Origin: Candidatus Saccharimonadota bacterium
Lineage (GTDB): Bacteria; Patescibacteriota; Saccharimonadia; Saccharimonadales; Saccharimonadaceae
Assembly (NCBI GenBank): GCA_013333375.2
Contig: JABCOY020000037.1
Location: forward strand, 1-32,009
DNA length: 32,009 nucleotides
Direction of reading: 5' to 3'
Positions 7,732-17,736 of the stretch are shown one piece after another. The notes below the pieces were generated by a model. It worked only from the letters and a program-made list of their open reading frames with translations, was not told where the DNA came from and ran no database searches. Position 1 is the stretch's first letter, and each line of letters starts with the position of its first letter. The position numbers and the translations under genes were made by a program.

Positions 7732-9257
7732 TAAGGTTTTCGAGTGAAGTAGCCTGGGCGGCTATTGGATGGATCGTCGATACGGAGCCAGGATTTATCG
7801 GCCTGAGATGGATTGGCGAGGAAGGAGCCGTTACCGCCACGGAGTTTTTTACGATTATTAAACATTAGGGGGGATATTTTTAGCTTAGAGATATTAAAAT
7901 CATTGTTTACATAAATTGTTTCTAGTTTATCCTTAGACACATAGCTATTTGCTAGTGCGAATATACTATTCATATCTGTCACCTTGGATGTATCGAAAGT
8001 AGAGAGATCAAGACTAGTTAGATTTGGTGTATTGTAGAACATACTACTCATTTCTGTCACCTGAGAAGTGTCGAAACTCGACAGATCAAGACTAGCCAGA
8101 TTAGACATATTGGAGAACATCCTATTCATTACTGTCACCTGGGAAGTGTTAAAGTTAGAAAGGTTGAGACTCGCGAGTTTGGATGCAAATGAGAACATAA
8201 GACCCATATTTGTCACACGGGAAGTGTCGAAGCTAGAGAGATCGAGATTAGTGAGCTTAGATACTTCAGAGAACATACCTTCCATATTTGTCACCTTGGA
8301 CGTATCAAAATTAGAGAGATTGAGATTGGCGAGTATAGATAACTCAGAAAACACATATCCCATGTCTGTCACCTGGGAGGTGTCGAAACTCGATAGGTCA
8401 AGGCTAATCAGGTCAGGCAGAAAATAGAACATATTATTACTATCCATATTTAAATACACCTTCTCGGCTTCTGTATAATAGTAGACAGTATTATCAGTTG
8501 AGTCTAGCCAGAGCTTAATTTCATAATTGGACTCTTCGTCTTCTATATTCACGGCATTTATGGAAGCGGCTGGCGCCACTGAACTTTTCTTAAAGTGCTC
8601 GATTCGGTTATCAAAGTCTTCTAAGCCTTTTAGCTTTGCATTAAAATCTGGCCCCTCTGTCATAATGGCAATTGGTGTGTATGGATTAGAAATTATCGAA
8701 ACCACCAACTTATTTGCATAACTTCCACTTTCTAGATTACTAGATAATTTCATGCCGATTTTAAAATTAAAATTATCATTACCTGAAGTTTTTGTGGTAG
8801 TTCTTAAAAGATTCTCTGGATTATGAAGACTCGGGACCGGCTGATAATCTCCACCAGTAGGACTTAAAAATCCCCAAGTATTTTCCGAAAAATTCGCAAG
8901 TGCTTTACTTGCATCGATAGATTCAATTTTCATACTGTTTGTCGATGCAGCATTTATCAAGGCCGTTTCATTGGTTTCAGTATTTAAGGTCGCAGTATAG
9001 CCAGTTTTATTATTCGTATTCACAGTAACTTGGATTGGCAATTCCGAGGTTTGCGAAACTGAATTAATTATCTGATTACCGTTAATATTAACTTGATTAT
9101 CCGAAATTGATACGGAAAGATTTGGCCGAAATAGGGCGCTAGTGTTTTTCGAATTAAAATTAATTAATATAAAGGAAAGACATATTACAAATGGAAGAAT
9201 TAAATATTTTCCCAACAAAATATTTGGTTTAAAAAGTGATTTTTGGCTCAACATCAT
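7731..9257 (-). CDS. BspA/DUF285-type LRR surface protein 2
   Basis: Hydrophobic N-terminal signal segment, conserved N-domain (TNNKTGY, NTWG, LESGSY), six 26-aa repeats, C-cap LRGGNGS...WLRIDDP...PGYFTRKP. The start may be the second ATG (9254). Confidence 0.9.
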   Translation of the reverse strand: MMLSQKSLFKPNILLGKYLILPFVICLSFILINFNSKNTSALFRPNLSVSISDNQVNINGNQIINSVSQTSELPIQVTVNTNNKTGYTATLNTETNETALINAASTNSMKIESIDASKALANFSENTWGFLSPTGGDYQPVPSLHNPENLLRTTTKTSGNDNFNFKIGMKLSSNLESGSYANKLVVSIISNPYTPIAIMTEGPDFNAKLKGLEDFDNRIEHFKKSSVAPAASINAVNIEDEESNYEIKLWLDSTDNTVYYYTEAEKVYLNMDSNNMFYFLPDLISLDLSSFDTSQVTDMGYVFSELSILANLNLSNFDTSKVTNMEGMFSEVSKLTNLDLSSFDTSRVTNMGLMFSFASKLASLNLSNFNTSQVTVMNRMFSNMSNLASLDLSSFDTSQVTEMSSMFYNTPNLTSLDLSTFDTSKVTDMNSIFALANSYVSKDKLETIYVNNDFNISKLKISPLMFNNRKKLRGGNGSFLANPSQADKSWLRIDDPSNSRPGYFTRKP

Positions 9258-9311
9258 TCTATTTTAACATAAGAATAATGCGATTTTTGAATTTTAATAA
9301 TAAAATTATTA

Positions 9312-11183
9312 TTACAACTTAGTGAAGTAGCCTTTGGCGGAGCTGCCATTGTCGATACGGAGCCATTCCTTACCAGCATTGGCTGGAATAATCATAAAGG
9401 AGTTCTTACCACCCCTGAGAGTTCGACGCTTATCGAAGATCAGTTTACCACCTTCTTCAGTAATATTTGAGATATCGAAATCATTTTTGGCATAAATATG
9501 CTTAAGATTATCCTCACCTGACCTAATAGCGATACTACTAGGATTAAACCTCTGGAACATTCTACTAACATTAGTGAGCTTCGGAGTTTTAAAATTAGTT
9601 AGATAAATATCGACAATACCCTTCATCTCCGCGAACATACCCTCCATAGTAGTAACATTCTCGGTATTAAAATTCCCTAAACCAAGACTGGTAATACCGT
9701 GAACCTGATAGAACATATAGGCCATATCCGTAACCTTGCTAGTGTCAAAATTCGAAATATTGAGAACCCTCAATTCATTTGCGCCACTGAACATAGAGTT
9801 CATATTGGTGACCTTGGCGGTGTTAAAATGACTTAAATCTAGGAGCTTAATTACAGAACAGTCTTTAAACATCTCGCTCATATTCTCGACATTTCCGGTG
9901 TCAAAATTATCTAGCATAATATTTATCACTTTACTCATACCAGAAAACATTTCTGACATATCAGTGACATTACTGGTGTCGAAATTACTTATCTTTAATA
10001 CGCCAAGTTTATTAATACCCTTGAACATCCCCTTCATGGTCTTCACATTTTTTGTATTCATGGCACTTAGATCTAGACCAATAATTTCGTAATTACCGGC
10101 AAACATTTCTGACATATCAGTCACGTTTTCCGTATTAAAGCCTGCCATCGAAATATCGGACATTCGGTGGTTATCCCGGAAGATCCCACGCATGTTGGTG
10201 ACACTCTGGGCGTTGAGGTTTTCGGTTTTAATATTATGATAACTCCTTAAACCAGCAAACATATACGACATATCTTTAGCATATTTGGCATCAAAACTAT
10301 CTAAATCTATAAGGTTAAGCTCAGACAGATCTTTAAAAGTATTTTTACTGTCTTCATGGAAATAGATTTTATCGGCTGTGGTATAGAAAAAGAGATGACG
10401 AAGAACTGGATCCCACCAAGCCTTAATTTCGTAGAATGGCTTCGTAGGGTCATTAATATTTATCACATTAGTACTAGCGGCAGGTAAAGCAGAAGCACGT
10501 CGAATTAACTTAATCTTAGTTTTATCGGTAGTAAGCTCACTAAGTTTAGCCTGAAAGTCATCGCCAGTAGTTAGATAGGCGGCAGTCTCAAATGGATTAA
10601 TTACCGTTGAGAGAATCAGACTACTTCGATAAATTCCAGGCATAAGATCCGTACTAGCACGGACTACTACCCTGAAATTATTTTCGTTTGGTACTGAATC
10701 GGAGGCCTTATTAGTGGCAACAAGAGCTTTTGGCTCTGATTCTTTGGGGATTGGCATATAGTTATTTTGATTCTCCAACTGATAGGCCCAGGTATTTTTT
10801 GGGATCCAATCATCATGTGCGATTGGACTCGTGATTGAAGAAATTTTAGTACTAATTGTATTATCGATGTGTTTTAAAGCGGTTTCATCGGAATTAGCGC
10901 TAATAGTAGTAGTATAGCCGGCCGGAGCATTCGTTTTTACAGTTAGCTTTGCCCAATTATATCTTTCTGACGTATTAACCACATCGACGCTGTAAAAATT
11001 ATAATCAAACTCATTCCGATCAAAGGTAACACTAAGTGTCGGATCTATAGCGTGACTATTGAACGACAGAATAAAGATATTAATAATTAATAAAATAACT
11101 AGATAGATCAATCCTGAAAATAGAATTTTATTTTCTTTCAAAAATCTAGTTTGATTCGCAGTTTTAACTAAATTTCTCTCCAT
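9312..11183 (-). CDS. BspA/DUF285-type LRR surface protein 3 (most divergent paralog)
   Basis: Signal/TM segment, TNAPAGY...NTWAY N-domain, ten 26-aa repeats, C-cap LRGG...WLRID...GYFTKL. Confidence 0.9.
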   Translation of the reverse strand: MERNLVKTANQTRFLKENKILFSGLIYLVILLIINIFILSFNSHAIDPTLSVTFDRNEFDYNFYSVDVVNTSERYNWAKLTVKTNAPAGYTTTISANSDETALKHIDNTISTKISSITSPIAHDDWIPKNTWAYQLENQNNYMPIPKESEPKALVATNKASDSVPNENNFRVVVRASTDLMPGIYRSSLILSTVINPFETAAYLTTGDDFQAKLSELTTDKTKIKLIRRASALPAASTNVININDPTKPFYEIKAWWDPVLRHLFFYTTADKIYFHEDSKNTFKDLSELNLIDLDSFDAKYAKDMSYMFAGLRSYHNIKTENLNAQSVTNMRGIFRDNHRMSDISMAGFNTENVTDMSEMFAGNYEIIGLDLSAMNTKNVKTMKGMFKGINKLGVLKISNFDTSNVTDMSEMFSGMSKVINIMLDNFDTGNVENMSEMFKDCSVIKLLDLSHFNTAKVTNMNSMFSGANELRVLNISNFDTSKVTDMAYMFYQVHGITSLGLGNFNTENVTTMEGMFAEMKGIVDIYLTNFKTPKLTNVSRMFQRFNPSSIAIRSGEDNLKHIYAKNDFDISNITEEGGKLIFDKRRTLRGGKNSFMIIPANAGKEWLRIDNGSSAKGYFTKL

Positions 11184-11258
11184 ACATTTTCATCATAGCA
11201 TAAGTGGTATAAAAGTGTAGCTTGATAAAAAACAGAGATTATGCGCTAGTAGCTAAAA

Positions 11259-12386
11259 TTAGCGACCGTGGATGAAGAGATACTTAGCATATTCGCTTGG
11301 GCCAATCGTGTAAGAACCGACCACACCCCAACCAGCACGACCGTTCATATCAGAAATCGTAATCGTACCATCGGCATTAACGGAGTCCACGATACCGACG
11401 TGGCCATAGTAACCACTGTTAGTCTGAAAAATATCACCAGCTTGTGGATTAGTACCGCGACTAGTTGGAAAGAGACCAGAAAGCGCGTAGCCCCAAGTGT
11501 TAGCGTTCCCAAGACCACCCGGCAGAATATGGCTCGAACCCATGGCGGCACGACGTTCCCAGGTATACCAAGTACACCAACCCCATGGCATTGGGTTTCT
11601 CGAAGTAGAATAAGTACGATAAGAAGAAACCGAATAGGCTGAGTTACCAGAATAGGAAGAAGTCGGACGGACGACAGGCGCCACATAATCTGGACGCTCC
11701 TTATCTGGTAGTTCACCGTTTGGTAGTAAAATAGCCTGGCCTTCGGTCAGAGTCTGGTCTAATTCAAGGTTATTAGAAGTAATAATTTCGTCGGCGGAAG
11801 ATTTATATTTTTCGGCAATTGAAGCGACAGTTTCACCAGATTTTACCGTATAAACAATACCAGCACGTGATGGAATATAGATCGATTCACCCACTTTTGG
11901 CACATAGGAGGCCTTGAATTTATTCGACCAACGAATCATATTAATGTCTACGCCACAGGATGCATACTTAGCCGCCAAAGTATCGAGGGTTTCACCTTCG
12001 GCCATAACATGCTTGATCACGCCAACCTTAGCACAGGCGGCAAGATTCAAGGTAGTCGGTTTTTCCATTTTCTCAACAGAAGCCTGGCCAGATTGTTGGA
12101 GCACGGTGAAGGAGTTGTAGTTTACGTTAAGCACATCGGAGGAGGCTAAACTCATCGTATTGGCGAGTTCGGAAACCATATAAAATTCGGAAAGTTGGTC
12201 AGCAGAAACGGCATAATCTTTTTTAGAAATGGATTCCAGGTTCGGACTGGAATTATCATCGGACTGCTGTTTATCTCTAGAACCAACAAAAACCACACCA
12301 AAAATCAGGACAGATAGGGCGAAATAAGGAAATATCTTGGTTATAAAGTAATTTAAGCTAAATTGTGATCGTTTTTTCTTTGTCAT
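11259..12386 (-). CDS. Membrane-anchored LysM + CHAP peptidoglycan hydrolase
   Basis: N-terminal TM, two LysM domains (HVMAEGETLDTLAAKY; YTVKSGETVASIAEKY), CHAP catalytic Cys (PWGWCTWY) and His (YGHVGIV), GNANTW. Confidence 0.92.
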   Translation of the reverse strand: MTKKKRSQFSLNYFITKIFPYFALSVLIFGVVFVGSRDKQQSDDNSSPNLESISKKDYAVSADQLSEFYMVSELANTMSLASSDVLNVNYNSFTVLQQSGQASVEKMEKPTTLNLAACAKVGVIKHVMAEGETLDTLAAKYASCGVDINMIRWSNKFKASYVPKVGESIYIPSRAGIVYTVKSGETVASIAEKYKSSADEIITSNNLELDQTLTEGQAILLPNGELPDKERPDYVAPVVRPTSSYSGNSAYSVSSYRTYSTSRNPMPWGWCTWYTWERRAAMGSSHILPGGLGNANTWGYALSGLFPTSRGTNPQAGDIFQTNSGYYGHVGIVDSVNADGTITISDMNGRAGWGVVGSYTIGPSEYAKYLFIHGR

Positions 12387-12405
12387 AATTAGCCGGTCGC
12401 TGCCC

Positions 12406-14163
12406 CTAAATTTGCACCTTACAGAGTTTCTGACAGTGGTCGCGAATCTTCTGATTGTGCTCAGCGTCGGTTCTACTATAATACATGAGACCGTCGTCGC
12501 CTGTCAAGAAATAAAGCATAGAGGCTTTCGAACTATCTGGTTCAGCTACCGCGAGAAGCGCGGCCTTGGAAGGCACAGCAATAGGGCCTGGAGGCAAACC
12601 CGGAAACTTGCGAGTATTATAAAGACTATTCACCGCCAAGATATCCGCATTGGTGGCATTGGCACGATCAATGCCGGTAATGTCCGCAGCATATGTCGCG
12701 GTCACATCAGAACCCAATGCAATCCCCTGTTTTAAACGATTTTGAAAAACCATCGAAACCCCTGGCATATCTTCCGTGTTGGCTTCTTTTTGGATAATGG
12801 AAGCAAGAGTGATACCCTCACGCAAAGATAAACCTCTGGCCTTAAATTTTTCTTCGAGTTGATTCGAGACTACCACATCATTGAACTGATTTAGGATGGT
12901 CGTGATGACATTTTCGAGTTTTTCGTGATTATAAAATTGATAAGTTTCACCATAGAGGTAACCTTCAAGGGCTAATTTCGCGGGAATATCCGGGTTAGAG
13001 AGTTTGTTTTCGTCCGCATAGAGACCCTTCAAAACAGGATTATCGTAGTGCTTAGTGAGAGCTTGATTAATTTCCTCTTCGGAATAGCCCAGAGTACGGA
13101 ACTGATGGATGATGCCGGTCTGTGATTTACCCTTATCGCCGAGGAGATTAGTGCCAGGGAGAATAGTTAGATTAAAGACATCGGATGAGACGACGCCATT
13201 CACTAATTGTTTAGCGATAGCTCGCGCCGACATGGTTTTGCGGAAACTATATTTGCCGGTTTTTAACTTGGCGTGAAGATTATTGATGCGAGCATAAAGT
13301 TCAAAGGCTTGGGGATTTCTAATTAAATCGGCTTGCTTGAGATTATTGGCAATTTCTTTAACTGACTCCCCAGCGGTCACCTCAATGGTCTGATACTCAC
13401 AATTAGAATCTGCCTCTTTTTCGTTGGATTCAGAGGCGGCCTTAGCGGAATCAAAACGACAATTAGCGGAAGAGACTGGTTGCAAGGAATACCAATAATA
13501 CCCACCACCAAATAGCCCAGCGAGAAATAGCAAAATAAAGAGTGAAAATAAAATACGTTTAACTTTTTTCATAGGTTTTTCTAAACTTCTATCTGGCCTG
13601 GGAGACTCCGTAGATTCAGCCTCCGATTTGGTAGGCTCATTAATAATAGATTGAACTTCTGGTGATCCGAGCGTGGAAGCAGGACTCGCAGATGGGTCTA
13701 TATTGGCGGCAGGACTCGCTAGTTGATTCGGAATTTTGACTGCAGAATTTTGGGCAAGTTTAGCGGCATAATGCTCGATAAAATCTTGCAAGATAATACT
13801 GGCAGCCTCGGCGTCAATTTCACCTTTTTCAAAATTCTTTTTGCGTTTTTTCAGACGTTCCTCGGCCACCACAGAAGTGAGCGATTCATCTTGAAAATAA
13901 ATACGGGCACCCGGCATAGAGGCAGCGAGAGTATCGGCAAATTTGCGGGCATAGGCTGACTGGGCGGTTTCATTGCCGTCGTTACTACGAGGTAGGCCCA
14001 CGACGAAGAAATTAGTATCATTGAGTTTGGCAATACGGAGAATCTCCGGAATTTCCTGACCATTGACCAAGACATAGCCGTTCGGAATAGCGATGCGAAC
14101 AGAAGTGTCCGCTTTCGCTACACCGATACGCTTAGTGCCCACGTCTAAACCGATAATGCGCAT
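12406..14163 (-). CDS. mltG: Fusion: YqgF/RuvX RNase-H-fold nuclease + TM + endolytic transglycosylase MltG
   Basis: Residues 1-~133 MRIIGLDVGTKRIGVA...VVGLP...DESLTS...IDAEAASIILQ (YqgF). After a Ser/Pro linker and TM: LEGYLYGETY, TLASIIQKE, NRLKQGIALGSD, YNTRKFPGLPPGPI, LYF (MltG/YceG). Confidence 0.92.
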   Translation of the reverse strand: MRIIGLDVGTKRIGVAKADTSVRIAIPNGYVLVNGQEIPEILRIAKLNDTNFFVVGLPRSNDGNETAQSAYARKFADTLAASMPGARIYFQDESLTSVVAEERLKKRKKNFEKGEIDAEAASIILQDFIEHYAAKLAQNSAVKIPNQLASPAANIDPSASPASTLGSPEVQSIINEPTKSEAESTESPRPDRSLEKPMKKVKRILFSLFILLFLAGLFGGGYYWYSLQPVSSANCRFDSAKAASESNEKEADSNCEYQTIEVTAGESVKEIANNLKQADLIRNPQAFELYARINNLHAKLKTGKYSFRKTMSARAIAKQLVNGVVSSDVFNLTILPGTNLLGDKGKSQTGIIHQFRTLGYSEEEINQALTKHYDNPVLKGLYADENKLSNPDIPAKLALEGYLYGETYQFYNHEKLENVITTILNQFNDVVVSNQLEEKFKARGLSLREGITLASIIQKEANTEDMPGVSMVFQNRLKQGIALGSDVTATYAADITGIDRANATNADILAVNSLYNTRKFPGLPPGPIAVPSKAALLAVAEPDSSKASMLYFLTGDDGLMYYSRTDAEHNQKIRDHCQKLCKVQI

Positions 14164-15878
14164 TAGTTCTCTACCGTGATTTTAATTGATACTTTATTGG
14201 CGTCGTTTGGAATTTGACGCACCCATGGGAAGGAAGTATTCACTTCAACATCAGAAACGCCATTGATGGATTTAATTAAAGTAGTCACTTCGCCAACTTT
14301 TTTGCCGAGGGATTTTTCGAGTACAGATTGTTCGGTGACTTCTGGACCAGTTTTCAAGGTAGCCTTAATCTTAGCAGTTACGGAATTATTATTGTTTTGG
14401 AATTTTTCAATGAAAATATTGCCAGTTTCGTAGATTTTCTGATCACTACCGAGACGAGTAGAAACCACAGACTTAACATATTCCTCAATTGCCGCCTTAT
14501 CAACATAATTTACACTATAAGTAGTTTTGGCCGTGAGCTTAGCCTTGCCATTTTCTGTTGGCTGATCGACGGCAGGACTGGAAGTCGGGTCAGCGGTAAC
14601 TTTTTTGTAGCTATCTTCAATTTTAATATCATCAGAAGGGACTTTTTCGAATAATTCCTCTTTTACCCCATCAGCTTCGGTTAATTTTTCCTTAGCTTTG
14701 GTAATGTCAGAAGCGGTGACAATTTTTTGAATCTTATCCGTACCACCCTTGAATGCTGAATTTGCGTAACCTTCAACCCCAGCCACGGAAGACTGCCAAC
14801 CGGAGCTAACAGCTTCAATATTATATTTCGCACCACCTTCGATGGCGGTAGCTTTCACGGTTTTAGCCACCTGACATTTACCACTGTGGCGACCGGCGTC
14901 ACAATTCGAGATTGAGCCATCCCAAGAAATTTTTACCTCTTGGTTGGTTAAGAAATTGAGGTTGCGATAGGCAAAGGCGGAACCTTGAGGAACAGTCGCA
15001 ACATCTGGCCTAGAAGCCGTAGCCGTAGTAGTCGACATGTCGAAGGTCGCGATGAGGCGTAATTCACCCGTGGCCTTATCACCAACGTTTTTCTCACCAG
15101 TAGCTTCAAATTCAACCTCAGAGTTCTTTTCTAAACTAGCAGTTTCGAGGAAGAATTTACCATCTTTCGAGACAGCTTGTTTGGCATCAGTGACAAAAGA
15201 AACATTTTCGGAGAAATTCTCAGCGATGGTCTTAATTTTGACGGAAATCTTGGCGGCAGGTGCCAGAATAAAGGCCCAGACAAAACTTCCGATCAAAAGG
15301 ACCGCGGCCACTACACTGATAATGATGCGATTTTTCAGAGAGTCGAGAGTAAGAATCTTTTTCGGCTGATTATCTGCTTCTTTATCTTCAGAATTCTTCG
15401 CGACTTCTTCAGAATCCAGATTCATAGTCGAATTTTTCGTAAGATTCGAGGTGGTATTTGCACGATTAGCAGCGTCTTCATTCGTAGTGCGGACACGAGA
15501 AACACTACTGGACGGAGCGGCCTTTTCATTAATTTCAATTTCATCACTCGGGCTTACTTTCTTAGCCTTAGCTGGATATTCAAGATCCGCTTCATTAAAT
15601 TCAGAAGGCAAGGTCGGGCGCGAGTTTAAATTCTTAGCAAAAGGTAGACTAGAAAGCGCCGCCATTTTCATGAGGGTCGGATCAGTAGTGACCACCACGA
15701 TGGCCTTGTCATGCATTTTTGCAGTACGAGCGATTAGTTTAAGGTTAATAGAGCTGCGTAAAACGTTCAACTTTTTCGGTGGAACAAGTGCAATAATTTT
15801 CTGTTTGGAAGCTTTGATATGGTTGATAATGTCAGTAATATCATCCTCGGGCTCGATGTAAAAAGTGTCCTTATTCAT
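14163..15878 (-). CDS. Single-pass membrane protein, baseplate-J-like family as recalled from Patescibacteria annotations
   Basis: N-terminal YIEPEDDITDII...IALVPPK...SSINLKL cytoplasmic domain, disordered linker, one TM, beta-rich exterior domain (ATGEKNVGDKATG, GAKYNI, FKGGTD). The family label comes from recalled similarity. The stop overlaps the downstream ATG (TAATG). Confidence 0.65.
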   Translation of the reverse strand: MNKDTFYIEPEDDITDIINHIKASKQKIIALVPPKKLNVLRSSINLKLIARTAKMHDKAIVVVTTDPTLMKMAALSSLPFAKNLNSRPTLPSEFNEADLEYPAKAKKVSPSDEIEINEKAAPSSSVSRVRTTNEDAANRANTTSNLTKNSTMNLDSEEVAKNSEDKEADNQPKKILTLDSLKNRIIISVVAAVLLIGSFVWAFILAPAAKISVKIKTIAENFSENVSFVTDAKQAVSKDGKFFLETASLEKNSEVEFEATGEKNVGDKATGELRLIATFDMSTTTATASRPDVATVPQGSAFAYRNLNFLTNQEVKISWDGSISNCDAGRHSGKCQVAKTVKATAIEGGAKYNIEAVSSGWQSSVAGVEGYANSAFKGGTDKIQKIVTASDITKAKEKLTEADGVKEELFEKVPSDDIKIEDSYKKVTADPTSSPAVDQPTENGKAKLTAKTTYSVNYVDKAAIEEYVKSVVSTRLGSDQKIYETGNIFIEKFQNNNNSVTAKIKATLKTGPEVTEQSVLEKSLGKKVGEVTTLIKSINGVSDVEVNTSFPWVRQIPNDANKVSIKITVEN

Positions 15879-15936
15879 ACATCGATTTTAACATATATTT
15901 GCACTGAACCAATAAGTTTATGCTAAAATAAGCTTA
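15879..15936. promoter_or_regulatory. Back-to-back extended -10 promoters, both apparently leaderless
   Basis: Minus strand: TG-T-TAAAAT (15885-15890), 6 nt before ATG 15878. Plus strand: TG-C-TAAAAT (15924-15929), 7 nt before ATG 15937. Confidence 0.72.
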
Positions 15937-17727
15937 ATGAGTATCTTTGATTTTATTAAAAAAGGACCGGGCGCACAGACAGGCGCGAATAGCACTGGTG
16001 GTGCCGTGGCTGGTGCGGAGAGTGCGGAAATTTTAGCCAATCTAGTACTGAATACGATCGATAGTGGTGTAATTATTGTGTTGCCAACTGGGGTAATTGA
16101 ATACATTAATCCAGCTGCGGTGAGCCTACTTGGTGGACAAATGGCGCAAAACTTCTTAGGGGCTAAATTAGAAGATATTTTGAAACTTGAAAATGGCCAA
16201 GGTGTGGCGATTCCAGCGCAAAATAACCTGGTTTTCTATGCGGTAAATAATGGCCAAAATTACACCACGCGCGAATATTTCTTGGTGAATCTACAGGGGC
16301 AGAAAAAACCAGTTGCCTTTAAAATTACTACCGCGCACTCGCCAAAAAATGAACGCATCGTGACTTTTTATGATATCACTTCGGAGCTTGAGGCTGAGAG
16401 TGAGCAGACCGAATTTATTTCGACGGCTTCTCATGAAATGCGCACACCAGTAGCTTCGATTGAAGGATATCTAGGATTGGCTTTAAATCCAAAAACTGCC
16501 ACAATTGACGAACGCGCGAAAAAATATCTGGAAGAGGCACATAAATCTTCTCAACATCTCGGTAAATTATTCCGTGATTTGCTCGATGTAACGAAACTTG
16601 ATGATAAGAGAATTAAAGCTCACCTAACACCAATTGAAGTAACTTCGACGGTACGCTCGATTGCGGAAGGTCAAATTCCAAAAATGAGTGAAAAAAATAT
16701 TCATTTCACCTTTGGTTCTTCCTCTTCGGCCAATATGAACGGCGGGCGCGTGATCAATCAAGAAGTTTTTGCGGCGGTCGATGTGGATTTCTTACGTGAG
16801 ATTATTAATAACCTGATCGAAAACGCGATTAAATATACCAATAACGGGGGTGGAATTTGGGTGAATGTGCGTGGCGATGGCGACCGTGTTTTGATTAATG
16901 TGACAGACACTGGTATTGGTATTTCTCCAGAAGATAGCAAACATGTTTTTCAAAAATTCTACCGTGCGGATAATTCAGAAACTCGCACGATTGGAGGTAC
17001 TGGTCTGGGACTTTATATTGTGAAGGAACGCGTGGAAGCCATGAGTGGTTCGACTTGGGTGGAAAGCACCTTCGGTGAAGGCTCGACTTTCTACGTGGCC
17101 TTCCCTCGCCTGACCTACGAAGAATATTTGCGCCGCAAACAGATTGAAGCCAATACTCAGGCAATGACACCACAAAATTCCGTTGCTTCTAATCCTGCTG
17201 TTTCTGCTTCTAATGAAAATCAACCTCCGGCACCAATGCAGTTTTCGACTGAGGTGACCACACCAATCTCAGCAGCAACGCCAGTATCGACAACAATGAA
17301 CACACCGATTCAAACTGAAACACCTATGCAAGCACAAACAGCGTCGACTACATCAATTCAGGCTCCAGCCCCAGCTACAGCTGAGCCAGCCGCATCAGCC
17401 ACACCCGTAGCTCCGATGACTCCTGCGTCACCAGTTATGTCAACCATACAATCCAATCCATTTCTACAGAACAGTGCTACCCCAGTTCAAAATACACCTG
17501 CTTCGTCAACTGCACCAAATACACAAAGCATATCGACCGCGCCGGCTAATCCCGCCTCGACCTCAACCGTATCAGTCAATCCTGCTTCGACTCCAACTGC
17601 ACCAGTCAATCCTACTCAGACTCCAGCTGCGTCAGTCAATCCTGCCCCGACTCCAGCTATACCGATTAACACCACTATGCCTACCCCACCAATTACGCCA
17701 ACTAACCCAAACATCTTAAATAAGTAA
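15937..17727 (+). CDS. Cytoplasmic PAS-HisKA-HATPase sensor kinase (WalK/PhoR-like) with Pro/Thr/Ala-rich tail
   Basis: PAS-like segment, H-box SHEMRTP, N-box NLIENAIKY, G1 DTGIGI, F-box FQKFYR, G2 GGTGLGL; no TM; ~190-aa low-complexity C-tail. Confidence 0.93.
   Translation: MSIFDFIKKGPGAQTGANSTGGAVAGAESAEILANLVLNTIDSGVIIVLPTGVIEYINPAAVSLLGGQMAQNFLGAKLEDILKLENGQGVAIPAQNNLVFYAVNNGQNYTTREYFLVNLQGQKKPVAFKITTAHSPKNERIVTFYDITSELEAESEQTEFISTASHEMRTPVASIEGYLGLALNPKTATIDERAKKYLEEAHKSSQHLGKLFRDLLDVTKLDDKRIKAHLTPIEVTSTVRSIAEGQIPKMSEKNIHFTFGSSSSANMNGGRVINQEVFAAVDVDFLREIINNLIENAIKYTNNGGGIWVNVRGDGDRVLINVTDTGIGISPEDSKHVFQKFYRADNSETRTIGGTGLGLYIVKERVEAMSGSTWVESTFGEGSTFYVAFPRLTYEEYLRRKQIEANTQAMTPQNSVASNPAVSASNENQPPAPMQFSTEVTTPISAATPVSTTMNTPIQTETPMQAQTASTTSIQAPAPATAEPAASATPVAPMTPASPVMSTIQSNPFLQNSATPVQNTPASSTAPNTQSISTAPANPASTSTVSVNPASTPTAPVNPTQTPAASVNPAPTPAIPINTTMPTPPITPTNPNILNK
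17545..17664 (+). repeat. Degenerate 30-bp (10-aa) tandem repeat x4 in the kinase tail
   Basis: GTCAATCCT recurs at 17575, 17605 and 17635, with GCTAATCCC at 17545; peptides ANPASTSTVS / VNPASTPTAP / VNPTQTPAAS / VNPAPTPAIP. Confidence 0.8.
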
Positions 17728-17736
17728 GGAGAGAAG

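Noticed and set aside
7868..7873. G6/C6 tract in LRR2 as a second phase-variation switch
   Set aside because: It is short, in frame and near the 3' end.
14163..15878. Prophage or contractile injection system suggested by the baseplate-J-like label
   Set aside because: There are no other phage structural genes or integrase; the protein has a TM and is coupled to cell-wall genes.
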